From an uncultured bacterium (lineage in GTDB: Bacteria > SAR324 > XYD2-FULL-50-16), in assembly GCA_965602905.1 (NCBI GenBank), contig CBFCZY010000016.1, positions 2,280 to 66,279 on the forward strand: a DNA stretch of 64,000 nt, read 5' to 3'. Shown here one piece after another: positions 55,039-64,000 of the stretch. Made by a program: the position numbers and the translations under genes. The notes beneath the pieces are model-generated. The model saw only the letters and a program-made list of their open reading frames with translations, had not been told where the DNA came from and ran no database searches. Within the stretch, counting starts at the first letter, position 1. Every line of letters begins with the position of its first letter.

Positions 55039-56397
55039 ATGGCTGGGCTAAAGGGCAGCTATGTAGCAAAGCGCTACTGGGTTTTCGCTTTAATCACCTT
55101 GGTGATTGGGGCCATTCCCTTTGTGAAGCTTGGGGAATACCACCTGTTGCTCTTAAGCTTTAATCATGGTCGCTTTGAGCTTTTAGGTGCCAATTTTGAT
55201 GCCCAAGAGCTTTACTTCATTCCCCTTTTAATGATTTTAGGCTTTATCTTCCTCTTTTTTCTAACCAGCTTGGGTGGGAGAATCTGGTGTGGGTGGTTCT
55301 GCCCCCAAACCATTTTCCGCAGCCTTTTCCGTGATGGAATTCAGGGCCTTTTGTTGGGCTTGAGTCGTTGGAAGTGGAAAGACCGACCGCCTAAGTCTGA
55401 ATCCTTTAGCCAAAAGATTAGATTAGGCCTTTCCTACCTTATTTTACTGGTTTTAGCGGCGGTAGCCTCTGCCAATATGCTTTGGTATTTTGTCACTCCT
55501 GCTGAATTTTTTGCAGCTTTTACTGCCCCCCTAGACCATCAAATTTTACTTGGGCTTTGGGCCGGTAGCAGTCTTTTTCTCTGGCTGGATATCGGCTTTT
55601 GGGGGGAATCCTTTTGCGCTGTCGCTTGCCCCTACGCTAGGATTCAATCGGTTTTATTTGATGAAGATACCTTACTGGTTCTCTACGATGAAAAGAGAGG
55701 GAATAATAGTGATGGCTCCATGGGCAACAGAAACCTTGCCAAAGAGAAGGATGACTCTGGTGATTGTATTGGTTGCGACCTTTGTGTAAAGGTTTGCCCA
55801 GCAGGCATTGATATCCGTGAAGGTTTGCAGCTACCCTGTATTGAGTGTTTAGAGTGTGTTGATGCCTGTGCTCCTATTATGGCCAAAAAGGGCAAGGAAA
55901 ACTTAATCCACTGGGCAAGTAACAAATCCTTAAAGGGTGAAAAACTTCATCTTTTCAGGCCTAGAACCATTTTCTATTTTGTGGTTATGGCGGCCTTTGT
56001 GGCCGTTCTGTTAGGCTTAAGCGGTAAGCAGGTGGAGGTTTTAGCAAACTTAAATAGAGCGACAGGGCTTTATGCTATTAAGCCAGAACGGGTTGAAAAT
56101 CACTATATCCTGCTCTTAACCAATAAGACTTCAGAGACGAAAAGAGTAACCATTTTGGTAAAAAGTGAAGGCAATATCACATTAATCCGCCCAAAAAAGG
56201 CGGTGTTTTTAAAGCCTAAAGGCCGAGTGAAAAAGGTCTTGGTACTGGCTACAAAAGACAACCTAAACCCCAATGGGGAAAAGGATAAATCCTTGCCTAT
56301 TCGGCTCCTATTGCAAAGCGAAGCGGGAGTAGAATTGAATCAAATGATGAGTATATTTATTTATCCCTCGACACAGGAACTAAAGGAAAAACGATGA
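55039..56397 (+). CDS. ccoG: cbb3 oxidase accessory protein CcoG/FixG (membrane 4Fe-4S ferredoxin)
   Basis: 452 aa. Shows the GRIWCGWFCPQT motif, TM segments and two ferredoxin motifs, CIGCDLCVKVCP and CIECLECVDAC. Confidence 0.85.
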   Translation: MAGLKGSYVAKRYWVFALITLVIGAIPFVKLGEYHLLLLSFNHGRFELLGANFDAQELYFIPLLMILGFIFLFFLTSLGGRIWCGWFCPQTIFRSLFRDGIQGLLLGLSRWKWKDRPPKSESFSQKIRLGLSYLILLVLAAVASANMLWYFVTPAEFFAAFTAPLDHQILLGLWAGSSLFLWLDIGFWGESFCAVACPYARIQSVLFDEDTLLVLYDEKRGNNSDGSMGNRNLAKEKDDSGDCIGCDLCVKVCPAGIDIREGLQLPCIECLECVDACAPIMAKKGKENLIHWASNKSLKGEKLHLFRPRTIFYFVVMAAFVAVLLGLSGKQVEVLANLNRATGLYAIKPERVENHYILLLTNKTSETKRVTILVKSEGNITLIRPKKAVFLKPKGRVKKVLVLATKDNLNPNGEKDKSLPIRLLLQSEAGVELNQMMSIFIYPSTQELKEKR

Positions 56398-56903
56398 AAC
56401 AATGGAATTATTGGCCCTATATCACAGCGAGCTTTCTCGCCGTCGCCTTTATGATGACAGGCATGACGATATTTATTGCCGTAACAAAAGTACCTGTTGA
56501 ATTAGATGGCCGTTTTCAAATGAGCTACCAAGATTTTAATGAGAGCTATCTTGATTTTCAAAATCAGAGAGATGCCTTTGATCAGGCAGGCTATAAGATC
56601 AAAATGGAACTGCCAAAGTCGCTTGCAGCAGGCCAGTTTAATTTGTTGGTTACAGGCCCATCCAAGGTAGAAACTGCCAGCTTAGTTATCAGTCGGCCAG
56701 CTACAAACTTAGACCAACTTGGACCATTTAAATTACTTGGAGACGGGTCTAGTTTTGCCCATGAAATAACCTTACCCTTGACTGGCTGTTGGGTATTTGA
56801 TGTTAAAATGAAAGTAAATGACTGGATGATTTTTGAGCGTTCTTCCTTATTTTTCAACGATGCTGGTGAGCTTATAAAAAACCGTACCTGTGGTAGAAAA
56901 TGA
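56394..56903 (+). CDS. FixH/CcoH-like protein
   Basis: 169 aa with an N-terminal TM (WPYITASFLAVAFMMTGMTIFIAV). It sits between ccoG and ccoI with ATGA overlaps at both ends. Confidence 0.6.
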   Translation: MKQWNYWPYITASFLAVAFMMTGMTIFIAVTKVPVELDGRFQMSYQDFNESYLDFQNQRDAFDQAGYKIKMELPKSLAAGQFNLLVTGPSKVETASLVISRPATNLDQLGPFKLLGDGSSFAHEITLPLTGCWVFDVKMKVNDWMIFERSSLFFNDAGELIKNRTCGRK

Positions 56904-59293
56904 ACCAAGCCTTAACTAGCAAATTAGTTTGTGACCATTGCCTATTGCCCATGATCCAAGAGGAGGCCATCATCCATGATGCTGCTGCCTTCTGTTGTCA
57001 CGGTTGCAAAGGCGCTTGGGACATGATCCATGCTGCTGGTTTGGCTTCTTACTATGAAAAACGAGAGCCCACCCCAGGCCTTGCTGTCAGCTTGCCTGAT
57101 TTACTTCCAGAAAGTGCAAATTTTACTGCTACTGAATTCCAAGAGACACAATCTACCCAGCTACTAATTACAGGCATCCACTGCGCTGCTTGCGTCTGGT
57201 TGAATGAAGCCTATTTGCTTAAATTGGATGGGGTGATTTCTGCAAAGGTGAACTATAGTAACCATCGAGCAACCATTGAGTGGGAGCCCGCAAAGACAGA
57301 CCTTGCAACCATCATTCATGCCCTTGCTAGTTTAGGGTATAGGGCTATGTATTACGATCCTCAGCAAAGCGAAAAGATGTTAGCCTCTCAAAGGTTGCTG
57401 GATTACCGCCGTTTTATCTTAGGCCTTTTTGCCATGATGAATATTATGTGGCTGGCTATTGCCGAATGGGCAGGATATTTTAGTGGCATGGAGCAAAATG
57501 TGAAAGATCTGCTTCACCTGGCCCAATTTACCTTGGCTACCCCTGTTGTTTTTTACTCGGGTAAGCCCTTTTTTACAGGCGCCATTGCAGGGCTTAAAAA
57601 CGGAATTTTAGGGCTGGATTTTCAAATCGCCTTTTCCACCTTTTTAATCTGGGGCTATAGTAGCTATGCTTCTGTAACCCAAACGGGCAGACCCTATTTT
57701 GAGTCGGCAGTGATGCTGATCACTTTTGTACTTGGCGGGAAATTCATAGAGCGTATTTCCCTAAAAAACATCTATGAATTTTCCAGCCATCTTGGGAACC
57801 ATCTCAAGGGCTTTGCCACTAGAATTGAAAAAAATCAAAGATCGCAGATTGCAGCCGTTTCCATTGAAATTGGCTGGGTTTTGGAAGCTAAGGCAGGGGA
57901 GCGGATTTTAGCCGATGGCATCATTGCCCAAGGTGCAAGCGACTTTGATGAAAGCTTTTTAACAGGGGAGTCAAAAGCCCAGTTTAAAAATCAAGGAGGC
58001 GAAGTTTTGGCTTCCAGCCTAAATTTGAGTGGATTAGTGCAATATAGGGTAACGAAAAAACCAGATGAATCTGTGGCCGCAAAGATCGCAGACCTTGTTG
58101 ACCTAGCCACCAACTCCAAACCACCGATGCAGCAAAGAGCAGACAAAATTGCTCGTGTTTTTGTACCCCTAGTTTTAGTACTAGCCACCTTAAATGGCTG
58201 GATTTGGGGGTGGCATGAAGGCAACTTTGAGGCTGGATTGATCCAGTTTATTGCCCTGTTAGTCATTGCCTGCCCCTGTGCTTTAAGCTTAGCTACGCCC
58301 ATTGCCTATTTGATTGGCATCAAGGAAGCCGCAAAAAAGGGCATTTTGTTTCGCAAAGCTTCCGTTATTGAAGACTTGAGCCAAGCTGAAGAATTATATT
58401 TAGATAAAACAGGCACCTTAACCGAGGGCAAGCCCAAGGTGATCCAAACATGGGGCGAAAGCCATGGTCCCTTACTCTTTGAAATGGTTTCAGGTTCACA
58501 TCATCCCTTATCCAGAGCCATTGTAGATTTTTTACCTAAATCCACAGAGTTGCAGGGCTTAGGCCTAGAGGAAATAGCAGGCAGAGGGCTAAGGGCCGAA
58601 CACAAAGGCCAAAATTACTTCCTTGGAAGTTTGGATTGGTTGAAAGAAGTTTGTGAGCTACCAGATGAGGCCCGTGTGTTCGCAAACCAACAGTTGGAAC
58701 TAGGTCGCAGTTTAGTCGCTTACGGCAAATCAGAAGTAAAGGTTATCTTTAGCTTGGAAGACCAAATCAAACCTGATCTTAATCTGACTTTGCAAAAACT
58801 AAAGGAACAGGGACTTAATTTATCCCTCTTGAGTGGTGATGCTAAGGCCCCCAGTGAAGCAGTAGCGGGCAAGGTTGGGATTAAAAATGTAATTGCTCCC
58901 TCCAGTCCTGAGGCAAAATTAGAGGTGATCTGTGAGGCTCAAAAGCGGGGCCCCGTGATCATGGTCGGTGATGGCATTAATGATAGCCCTGCCTTGGTCC
59001 AAGCCGACGTAGGGATCTCTATAGGCTGCGGCACCCAGACAGCCATTGCAGCCAGTGACTTGGTGCTTTTAGGTGACGATTTAAAAGGTCTTTTCCAAGC
59101 AAGGGTTATAGCTTCTAAAGTAGGTAGGCTAGTAAAACAAAACTTAGGGATTTCTTTAGGCTATAATATCCTCGCCCTTTCCTTGGCCTTTTTAGGCCTA
59201 GTTAACCCTCCCTTAGCCGCTGCAGCCATGTCACTTTCCAGCCTTTTGGTGGTGGGGAATGCATGGTTTTTCGGTGGAACTCAATTCAGGTAA
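56900..59293 (+). CDS. ccoI: Copper-translocating P1B-type ATPase CcoI/FixI
   Basis: 797 aa. Shows an N-terminal Cys-rich domain (CDHCLLP..CCHGCKG), HMA (GIHCAACV), the CPC motif (IACPCALSLATP), DKTGTLT and GDGINDSPAL. Confidence 0.85.
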   Translation: MNQALTSKLVCDHCLLPMIQEEAIIHDAAAFCCHGCKGAWDMIHAAGLASYYEKREPTPGLAVSLPDLLPESANFTATEFQETQSTQLLITGIHCAACVWLNEAYLLKLDGVISAKVNYSNHRATIEWEPAKTDLATIIHALASLGYRAMYYDPQQSEKMLASQRLLDYRRFILGLFAMMNIMWLAIAEWAGYFSGMEQNVKDLLHLAQFTLATPVVFYSGKPFFTGAIAGLKNGILGLDFQIAFSTFLIWGYSSYASVTQTGRPYFESAVMLITFVLGGKFIERISLKNIYEFSSHLGNHLKGFATRIEKNQRSQIAAVSIEIGWVLEAKAGERILADGIIAQGASDFDESFLTGESKAQFKNQGGEVLASSLNLSGLVQYRVTKKPDESVAAKIADLVDLATNSKPPMQQRADKIARVFVPLVLVLATLNGWIWGWHEGNFEAGLIQFIALLVIACPCALSLATPIAYLIGIKEAAKKGILFRKASVIEDLSQAEELYLDKTGTLTEGKPKVIQTWGESHGPLLFEMVSGSHHPLSRAIVDFLPKSTELQGLGLEEIAGRGLRAEHKGQNYFLGSLDWLKEVCELPDEARVFANQQLELGRSLVAYGKSEVKVIFSLEDQIKPDLNLTLQKLKEQGLNLSLLSGDAKAPSEAVAGKVGIKNVIAPSSPEAKLEVICEAQKRGPVIMVGDGINDSPALVQADVGISIGCGTQTAIAASDLVLLGDDLKGLFQARVIASKVGRLVKQNLGISLGYNILALSLAFLGLVNPPLAAAAMSLSSLLVVGNAWFFGGTQFR

Positions 59294-59296
59294 ACT

Positions 59297-59485
59297 ATGG
59301 ATATGCTACCGATCATGATTTTTGTGTCCATCTTCTTAGGTGGTTTGGGGTTGGCAGGTGTCCTTTGGGGATTGAAAAATGAACAGTTTGATGACCCTGA
59401 AGGCAGCCGTTACCGCATACTGTTTGATGATGAAGAGGAAGACCGCTACCAAGAAAACCTAAAATCTAAAAAAAGAGAGATCTGA
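59297..59485 (+). CDS. ccoS: cbb3 oxidase maturation protein CcoS/FixS
   Basis: 62 aa with one TM, then KNEQFDDPEGSRYRILFDDEE, typical of CcoS. Confidence 0.8.
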   Translation: MDMLPIMIFVSIFLGGLGLAGVLWGLKNEQFDDPEGSRYRILFDDEEEDRYQENLKSKKREI

Positions 59486-60222
59486 TGGAAGGCCTGATCA
59501 TATCCCTGCCATTTTTTGCAGGTTTACTCGGTGGTTTGCATTGTTTAGGTATGTGTGGGCCAATTGTTTGTGCTTTTGGGGCAAGCTGTGGGCCTGATCG
59601 AAAGAAGGAATTTCACCTAGGCTACCAATCTGGTCGGTTGAGTTCCTACCTTGTCTTAGGGGCAGGGTTTGGCTATTTAGGAAGCCTTTTAGAAGAATCT
59701 CTACTGCTGGTTCGGTTGCAATCGGGCGCAGCTCTTTTTGGAGGGGCAGTGATGATTCTTTTTGCTTTAAGCCAAATCACAGGATTAGGGGTTGGTTTTG
59801 GCGGTTTTCAAGGGGCTATAGGCCAAAAACTAGGAAGCTTAGCTGCAAAAATCCAAAGATTAGGTAAGGGAAGTTGGTTTGTATTGGGTTCCATGACAGG
59901 CCTTCTGCCATGCGGCTTACTCTTTAGTTTGGAAGCCTTAGCCATGTCTACTGGCGACTGGTTTGGCGGTGTGGTGATCATGGGCCTTTTTTGGCTAGGC
60001 AGCCTCCCCTATCTATTGCTAGCAGGGGAATTAGCCAACAGGTTTAGTGCGAAATTACGTGGAAAAGGGCAGCAAATTTTGGCTGTGTTAATGCTCTTAA
60101 GTGGAATAGCTATTATTTACCACCGCTGGAGTATGCTTGAGTGGAGAGCAGCCTGCATCGAAAACGACCTTCTAGACCCCACAAGCAGTCTCCATTGGTT
60201 TCCCTTTGAGCTGTTTAATTGA
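59485..60222 (+). CDS. DsbD_2 / TauE-SafE-like membrane protein associated with cco maturation clusters
   Basis: 245 aa and polytopic. GGLHCLGMCGPIV is the family signature. There is a 1-nt start/stop overlap (TGATG) with ccoS. Confidence 0.65.
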   Translation: MEGLIISLPFFAGLLGGLHCLGMCGPIVCAFGASCGPDRKKEFHLGYQSGRLSSYLVLGAGFGYLGSLLEESLLLVRLQSGAALFGGAVMILFALSQITGLGVGFGGFQGAIGQKLGSLAAKIQRLGKGSWFVLGSMTGLLPCGLLFSLEALAMSTGDWFGGVVIMGLFWLGSLPYLLLAGELANRFSAKLRGKGQQILAVLMLLSGIAIIYHRWSMLEWRAACIENDLLDPTSSLHWFPFELFN

Positions 60223-60255
60223 CTCTACCTTCTTCAAAAAACTAGGGTTCCAATG

Positions 60256-62442
60256 TTAAATTACCAACTCAAGCCGAATGGGCGTGTATTTGTAACTTGG
60301 TTGCCTCGAGCTGGTATCAAATACTGGCTCTAAGAGTTGATTGACAGGGGCAAAATGCATGGGGATAAAGACCTCACCATATTTAACTTGGTTGGTTATC
60401 AAGGCCTTTGCTTTTACCACGGCTCTTTGACTGGTTACCATGACTCGATTCCCCTCTTGGATTCGCAACTCCCTCGCCTGCTCGGGGTTAATCTCTAGAT
60501 AAATTTCCTTAGGGGAAATCTTTTTTAGAATTGGCGAACGGTCTGTTCTGGTTCCTGTGTGCCACTGGGCGGAGCTACCCCTGCCAGTTAAAAGCACCAA
60601 GGGGAATTCTTTGTTTGTTACCTGTGGTGGAGCTGCCACCGCACCAAATAAAAACTTGGCTTTTTGGTCAGGGTGGAAGAACTTCCCATCGGCAAAAAGT
60701 CGGGTTTTACTGGGTCTTCTTAGGGGCCTTGGCCATTGCACCCCCCCTTGTTCTTCAATTTCTGTGTAGCCCCTAATGCCTGAAAAATTACAGGGTTGCC
60801 CCTTACTGATTTCTTGTAATGTGGCAAAAGCAACGGCTGGAGTAGCAAAGGCAGACTCTACCCAATCCAACCCAAATTTATTGGCTAGTTTTAAAAAAAT
60901 ATCAAAGTCTGTTTTTGCTTCACCTTTGATCGCTGAAACAGGGTTAACTTTGGAAAGCCTTCTTTCTGAATTGATCATAACCCCTTCCTTTTCTCCCCAG
61001 CCAGCAGCAGGTAAAAATAGATCTGCCTCTAAGGCTGTGGCTGTGTCACAAAAGATATCTTGTACCACCAGAAAGTCTAACTTTTCTCTCATTTTTTTGA
61101 GTTTTTCAGGCTCAATCCAAGAGTGAAATGGATTGGTAGCAATAACCCATAAAAATTTGATTTTTCCCTCTTCAATTTGCTCTAAAATCTGGTCATAGGC
61201 TAGCGAAGGCTGATCAGGAATTTTAGATTCATCCAGCTTTAAAATGGAGGCGATTTTTTTTCTGTCTCTTGGGCTAGCAAAGTCGTGGCCTCCAAGCAGA
61301 TTTGTAGTGTTGCTAAAAAGTCTGGAACCCATAGCGTTACATTGGCCTGTGATGGAGTTGGCACCTGTGCCAACTCTGCCAATGTTACCTGTCATCAAGG
61401 CTAGATTGATAATCGCTTGTGCCGTTAAAACAGCTTGGTGACCTTGGTTAACCCCCATGGTCCACCAGAAAGAAACTCGTTTTCCCTGGGCTATCGTGCT
61501 TGCTAGCTCTTGGATCTGGCTAAAGGTTAACCCTGTTTCTTCGGTAAGATTTAACAAATTAACGTTACTTAAAAAGTTCTTAAATGACTGAAATTCAACG
61601 GTATGGGTATCAATAAAACTCGGATCAATTGCATTTTTATCAATGAGTATTTTTGCCAATCCATAGAGTAGGCTCAAATCTGATTTGGCCTTTAAGGGGT
61701 AATGGCTTGTTGCCCCTTGGGCCGTTTTGGTATTTCTTGGGTCGATTACCAAAATTTTAGGGTCATGGGGATTTTGGACCACATGCTTCCACAATATGGG
61801 GTGGTTGATACAGGGGTTTGCCCCAATAAAAACCAAGACGTCAGACTCTTTTAAGTCTTCATAGCTAAAGGGGGGTGCATCAAAACCAAAGGACTGTTTG
61901 TAAGCGACAGCGCTGGTTGCCATGCACTGTCTTGTATTGCCGTCGCCTTCTTTTATCCCCAAACCGAACTTGGCAAGGCTACCGAGCAGAGCCATTTCTT
62001 CTGTGGTGATCTGGCCTGTAGATAAAAAGGCCGCCTCAGCGTTCCCCTTGGAATCTGTAACCGAGGTGAGTTTTTCTTTAAATAGGTTCAAGGCGGCATC
62101 CCAGCTAGATTGAGTAAACTCACCTGTTTCCCCTTTGATCAATGGGGTGGTTGCTCTGTCCTCTGCCAAAACAGGCGCCAAGGCTTGCCAACCCTTGGGG
62201 CATGCTTTTCCTAAGTTTACAGGGTGGCTTTTTTCTGGGCTGAGATTGATCGCCACGCCCTCTTTTTTATGTACCTGCAAGTTGCAACCTGTGGAGCAAT
62301 AGCCACAAACTAGGGATTGGGTTTTGTCCGGTTGGTGTGGCACTAGGCCCAAACCTTCTGGCCCAGTGGCTTTTTTGATGCTGTCCGTTAGTGGACCTTC
62401 TGTTTGTGTGACTAAGCTCTGTATTTTAGTTAAGAAGTTCAT
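60256..62442 (-). CDS. Molybdopterin (Mo-bisPGD) oxidoreductase catalytic subunit, Nap/Nas/Fdh clade, no Tat signal
   Basis: 728 aa. The N-terminal 4Fe-4S motif is CGYCSTGCNLQV..GKACPKG. The Mo-ligand region NTRQCMATSAVAYKQSFG resembles ARHCMASAVVGFMRTFG of NapA, and TGQCNAMGSR resembles TGQPNAMG of NarB/NasA. No twin-arginine leader is present. Confidence 0.8.
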   Translation of the reverse strand: MNFLTKIQSLVTQTEGPLTDSIKKATGPEGLGLVPHQPDKTQSLVCGYCSTGCNLQVHKKEGVAINLSPEKSHPVNLGKACPKGWQALAPVLAEDRATTPLIKGETGEFTQSSWDAALNLFKEKLTSVTDSKGNAEAAFLSTGQITTEEMALLGSLAKFGLGIKEGDGNTRQCMATSAVAYKQSFGFDAPPFSYEDLKESDVLVFIGANPCINHPILWKHVVQNPHDPKILVIDPRNTKTAQGATSHYPLKAKSDLSLLYGLAKILIDKNAIDPSFIDTHTVEFQSFKNFLSNVNLLNLTEETGLTFSQIQELASTIAQGKRVSFWWTMGVNQGHQAVLTAQAIINLALMTGNIGRVGTGANSITGQCNAMGSRLFSNTTNLLGGHDFASPRDRKKIASILKLDESKIPDQPSLAYDQILEQIEEGKIKFLWVIATNPFHSWIEPEKLKKMREKLDFLVVQDIFCDTATALEADLFLPAAGWGEKEGVMINSERRLSKVNPVSAIKGEAKTDFDIFLKLANKFGLDWVESAFATPAVAFATLQEISKGQPCNFSGIRGYTEIEEQGGVQWPRPLRRPSKTRLFADGKFFHPDQKAKFLFGAVAAPPQVTNKEFPLVLLTGRGSSAQWHTGTRTDRSPILKKISPKEIYLEINPEQARELRIQEGNRVMVTSQRAVVKAKALITNQVKYGEVFIPMHFAPVNQLLEPVFDTSSRQPSYKYTPIRLELVI

Positions 62443-62444
62443 AA

Positions 62445-63881
62445 TTACCCTGCCTCGCCTTGGGGCATCTGTGGGCCCAGTCCAACTTTAAAAAATAAAT
62501 GCCGCTCAATTAAGCTTCCGCAAAGAAGTCCGTAAAAAATAAAGGTTCCCAAGGTTTTTACATCGCCGACCTGTAAAACCCAAAGGGGGATAAATAGACC
62601 AAAAACCAAGATAGAATATTGCTGCAATAGCCATTCACCCCTTAACTTTGTGGTTAAAAGTTTATGGCTTTTGCCCAATAGACCTGTTGTCTTTTGGAAT
62701 TGAGTTAACTCATAGCCTACCCAAAGGAGGCTCACGGCCATAATTATCAGTAAAAGCTGGTGCGCCTCGCTTGCACGGGCAAAAGATAAAGCAAAGGAGG
62801 CCGATAAAATCAAACCTGTTAAGGGAAAACCAATCAAAGCCCTCGCCCCTTTCCAGTAGGGTCTGGGGGCTGTTTCATAAAGTTTGGCAGAGGAATAAAC
62901 CCCAAGGGCCCCAAAGATGGAGGCTAGAATCTTTAAAGGCAAGCTCAAGGCAAGACTAAAGGGAGGAGATAGCCCCAAGCCTGAAACTTGCCCAATAGCA
63001 AGAACTAACAAAAGTAGAGGTAGATAAACCCCAAGTAGTATTGCTTCACGGCTTAACCACGAAGTCTTAAGGCCTAAAAAAGCACGGTAGCTTTTAAGGG
63101 GGTGACCAAGGTGGAAGATGCTGGAGCCTAAACCAACCAGTAAAGTAACAGCCGCTAGGGCCTCAAGAAATTTAGCCTCCTCTAGAAAGAAGGAAAGGCC
63201 CAATAGGCCTAAAGAAAACTGGCTAAAAACTAAAAGCAAAACCAAAGGCAAATGGCCCTTGTCTGGTTTTCTTGTGGTCTCTAGACTTTTGTCATTTTGA
63301 GTAATATCCCCATTCACATAGTCTGTAGTGGGAAAGGTGAATTTTCGGTCTACCTCTATATTTAAGCTACTATGCATCCCCCCTGTAATTTCGTCCCTTG
63401 GTTTTACCACGATTTTAATGGCATCATTGGGGCAGCCCTGTTGGCAGGCCGTTTCTTCGCCAACTTCCAAGCGGTCGCTGCACATGTCGCATTTGCGCAC
63501 TATTTTAAGTTCTGGAATCCATTTTGGTGCATCATAGGGGCAACGTAATATACAATATTGGCAGCCAATACATTGGTCGTCTAAGTGTTTAACAATTCCT
63601 GTATTTTCGTCTTTAATGTAGGCACCAGTGGGGCAACCTGACATGCAAGCTGGGTCTAAACAATGGTGGCAAGAGGTGGTGATGGTTTGGCTGATTGAGC
63701 CAGTGGTAGATTCCACAACGCCTACGGTTCTCCAAGATTCTTCAGGTTGTAAACCATTCAAATTTTGGCAGGCTGTTACGCAGCCCTTACAACCAGTGCA
63801 GGCCTTTAAGTCGATTTCAAAGGCGTACTGCTCCCCATGGTTTGGGGTTTTTAAGGTAGAATTCATTGTTTTACTGGTCAA
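62445..63881 (-). CDS. Fusion of a 4x[4Fe-4S] DmsB/NrfC-type ferredoxin domain with a DmsC/NrfD-like polytopic membrane domain
   Basis: 478 aa. There are four cluster motifs: CTGCKGCVTAC, CHHCLDPACMSGCP, CIGCQYCILRCP and CDMCSDRL..CQQGCP. About 8 hydrophobic helices follow from aa ~205. The stop lies 2 nt before the molybdoenzyme ATG. Confidence 0.75.
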   Translation of the reverse strand: MTSKTMNSTLKTPNHGEQYAFEIDLKACTGCKGCVTACQNLNGLQPEESWRTVGVVESTTGSISQTITTSCHHCLDPACMSGCPTGAYIKDENTGIVKHLDDQCIGCQYCILRCPYDAPKWIPELKIVRKCDMCSDRLEVGEETACQQGCPNDAIKIVVKPRDEITGGMHSSLNIEVDRKFTFPTTDYVNGDITQNDKSLETTRKPDKGHLPLVLLLVFSQFSLGLLGLSFFLEEAKFLEALAAVTLLVGLGSSIFHLGHPLKSYRAFLGLKTSWLSREAILLGVYLPLLLLVLAIGQVSGLGLSPPFSLALSLPLKILASIFGALGVYSSAKLYETAPRPYWKGARALIGFPLTGLILSASFALSFARASEAHQLLLIIMAVSLLWVGYELTQFQKTTGLLGKSHKLLTTKLRGEWLLQQYSILVFGLFIPLWVLQVGDVKTLGTFIFYGLLCGSLIERHLFFKVGLGPQMPQGEAG

Positions 63882-64000
63882 GTAAACTAGGCTTTATGGT
63901 TTATCCAAAAACTACTTTAAAGCTACCTACTTTCTTAACCTTCTTTCAAAGTGTGGTCTTCTGATAGGTGATTTTTTCTCCTGTGCATTACTCCAATTAA

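Noticed and set aside
63927-64000. Possible 3' end of a minus-strand gene entering from the right edge
   Set aside because: Two frames stay open for only ~20 codons before a stop. That is too short to recognise anything, so no feature is reported.
1-64000. Scan for CRISPR arrays, tRNA/rRNA genes, IS elements, integrases and phage genes
   Set aside because: No regularly spaced direct repeats were seen. There was no tRNA T-arm/acceptor pattern in the intergenic regions, and no transposase or integrase-like translation in the ORF track. None are reported.

Overview
64-kb chromosomal segment, roughly 42-46% GC by eye, from a diderm bacterium. Diderm markers are OmpA-domain proteins, lipobox lipoproteins and a cbb3 oxidase. 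The gene content (7TMR-DISM kinases, a MORN array, many hybrid kinases) suggests a Bdellovibrio/Oligoflexia-like lineage, but that is only a guess. I found no rRNA, tRNA, CRISPR array, transposase or integrase.

Ordered content:
- Partial Na/Pi cotransporter running off the left edge (not in the ORF track).
- An arsR-arsP-like-thioredoxin-CMD-arsC arsenic cluster.
- A GAF protein and a membrane CheA-type (Hpt + HATPase) kinase.
- An ABC-F ATPase and a cytochrome c.
- A Cache/PAS hybrid kinase.
- A degenerate EAL-CBS-GGDEF protein.
- A putA / LOR-SDH-type cyclodeaminase / arginine dihydrolase operon.
- A Rho homologue lacking its RNA-binding N-domain and any canonical start codon, next to a Cache-only membrane protein.
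- Two 7TMR-DISM kinases.
- Two inverted tandem-TerB-like paralogues.
- An OmpA plus lipoprotein pair.
- SGNH hydrolase with TetR.
- A minimal MCP-tip protein.
- An AT-rich DUF2235 (Tle1-like) lipase island beside a receiver-domain relic.
- An MltF-like / 24x MORN / lipoprotein operon.
- A corrinoid-protein / UroD-family / DUF1638-like hybrid kinase operon.
- LysR with LeuCD-like genes, and a class III cyclase.
- A complete ccoNOQP-ccoGHIS cluster.
- A Tat-less Nap/Nas-like molybdoenzyme with a fused FeS/membrane subunit.

The best candidate for an undescribed system is the translationally coupled corrinoid protein + UroD-family protein + sensor-kinase operon at 39.3-43.3 kb. All calls come from reading the translations and motifs by eye. 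No database search was run.
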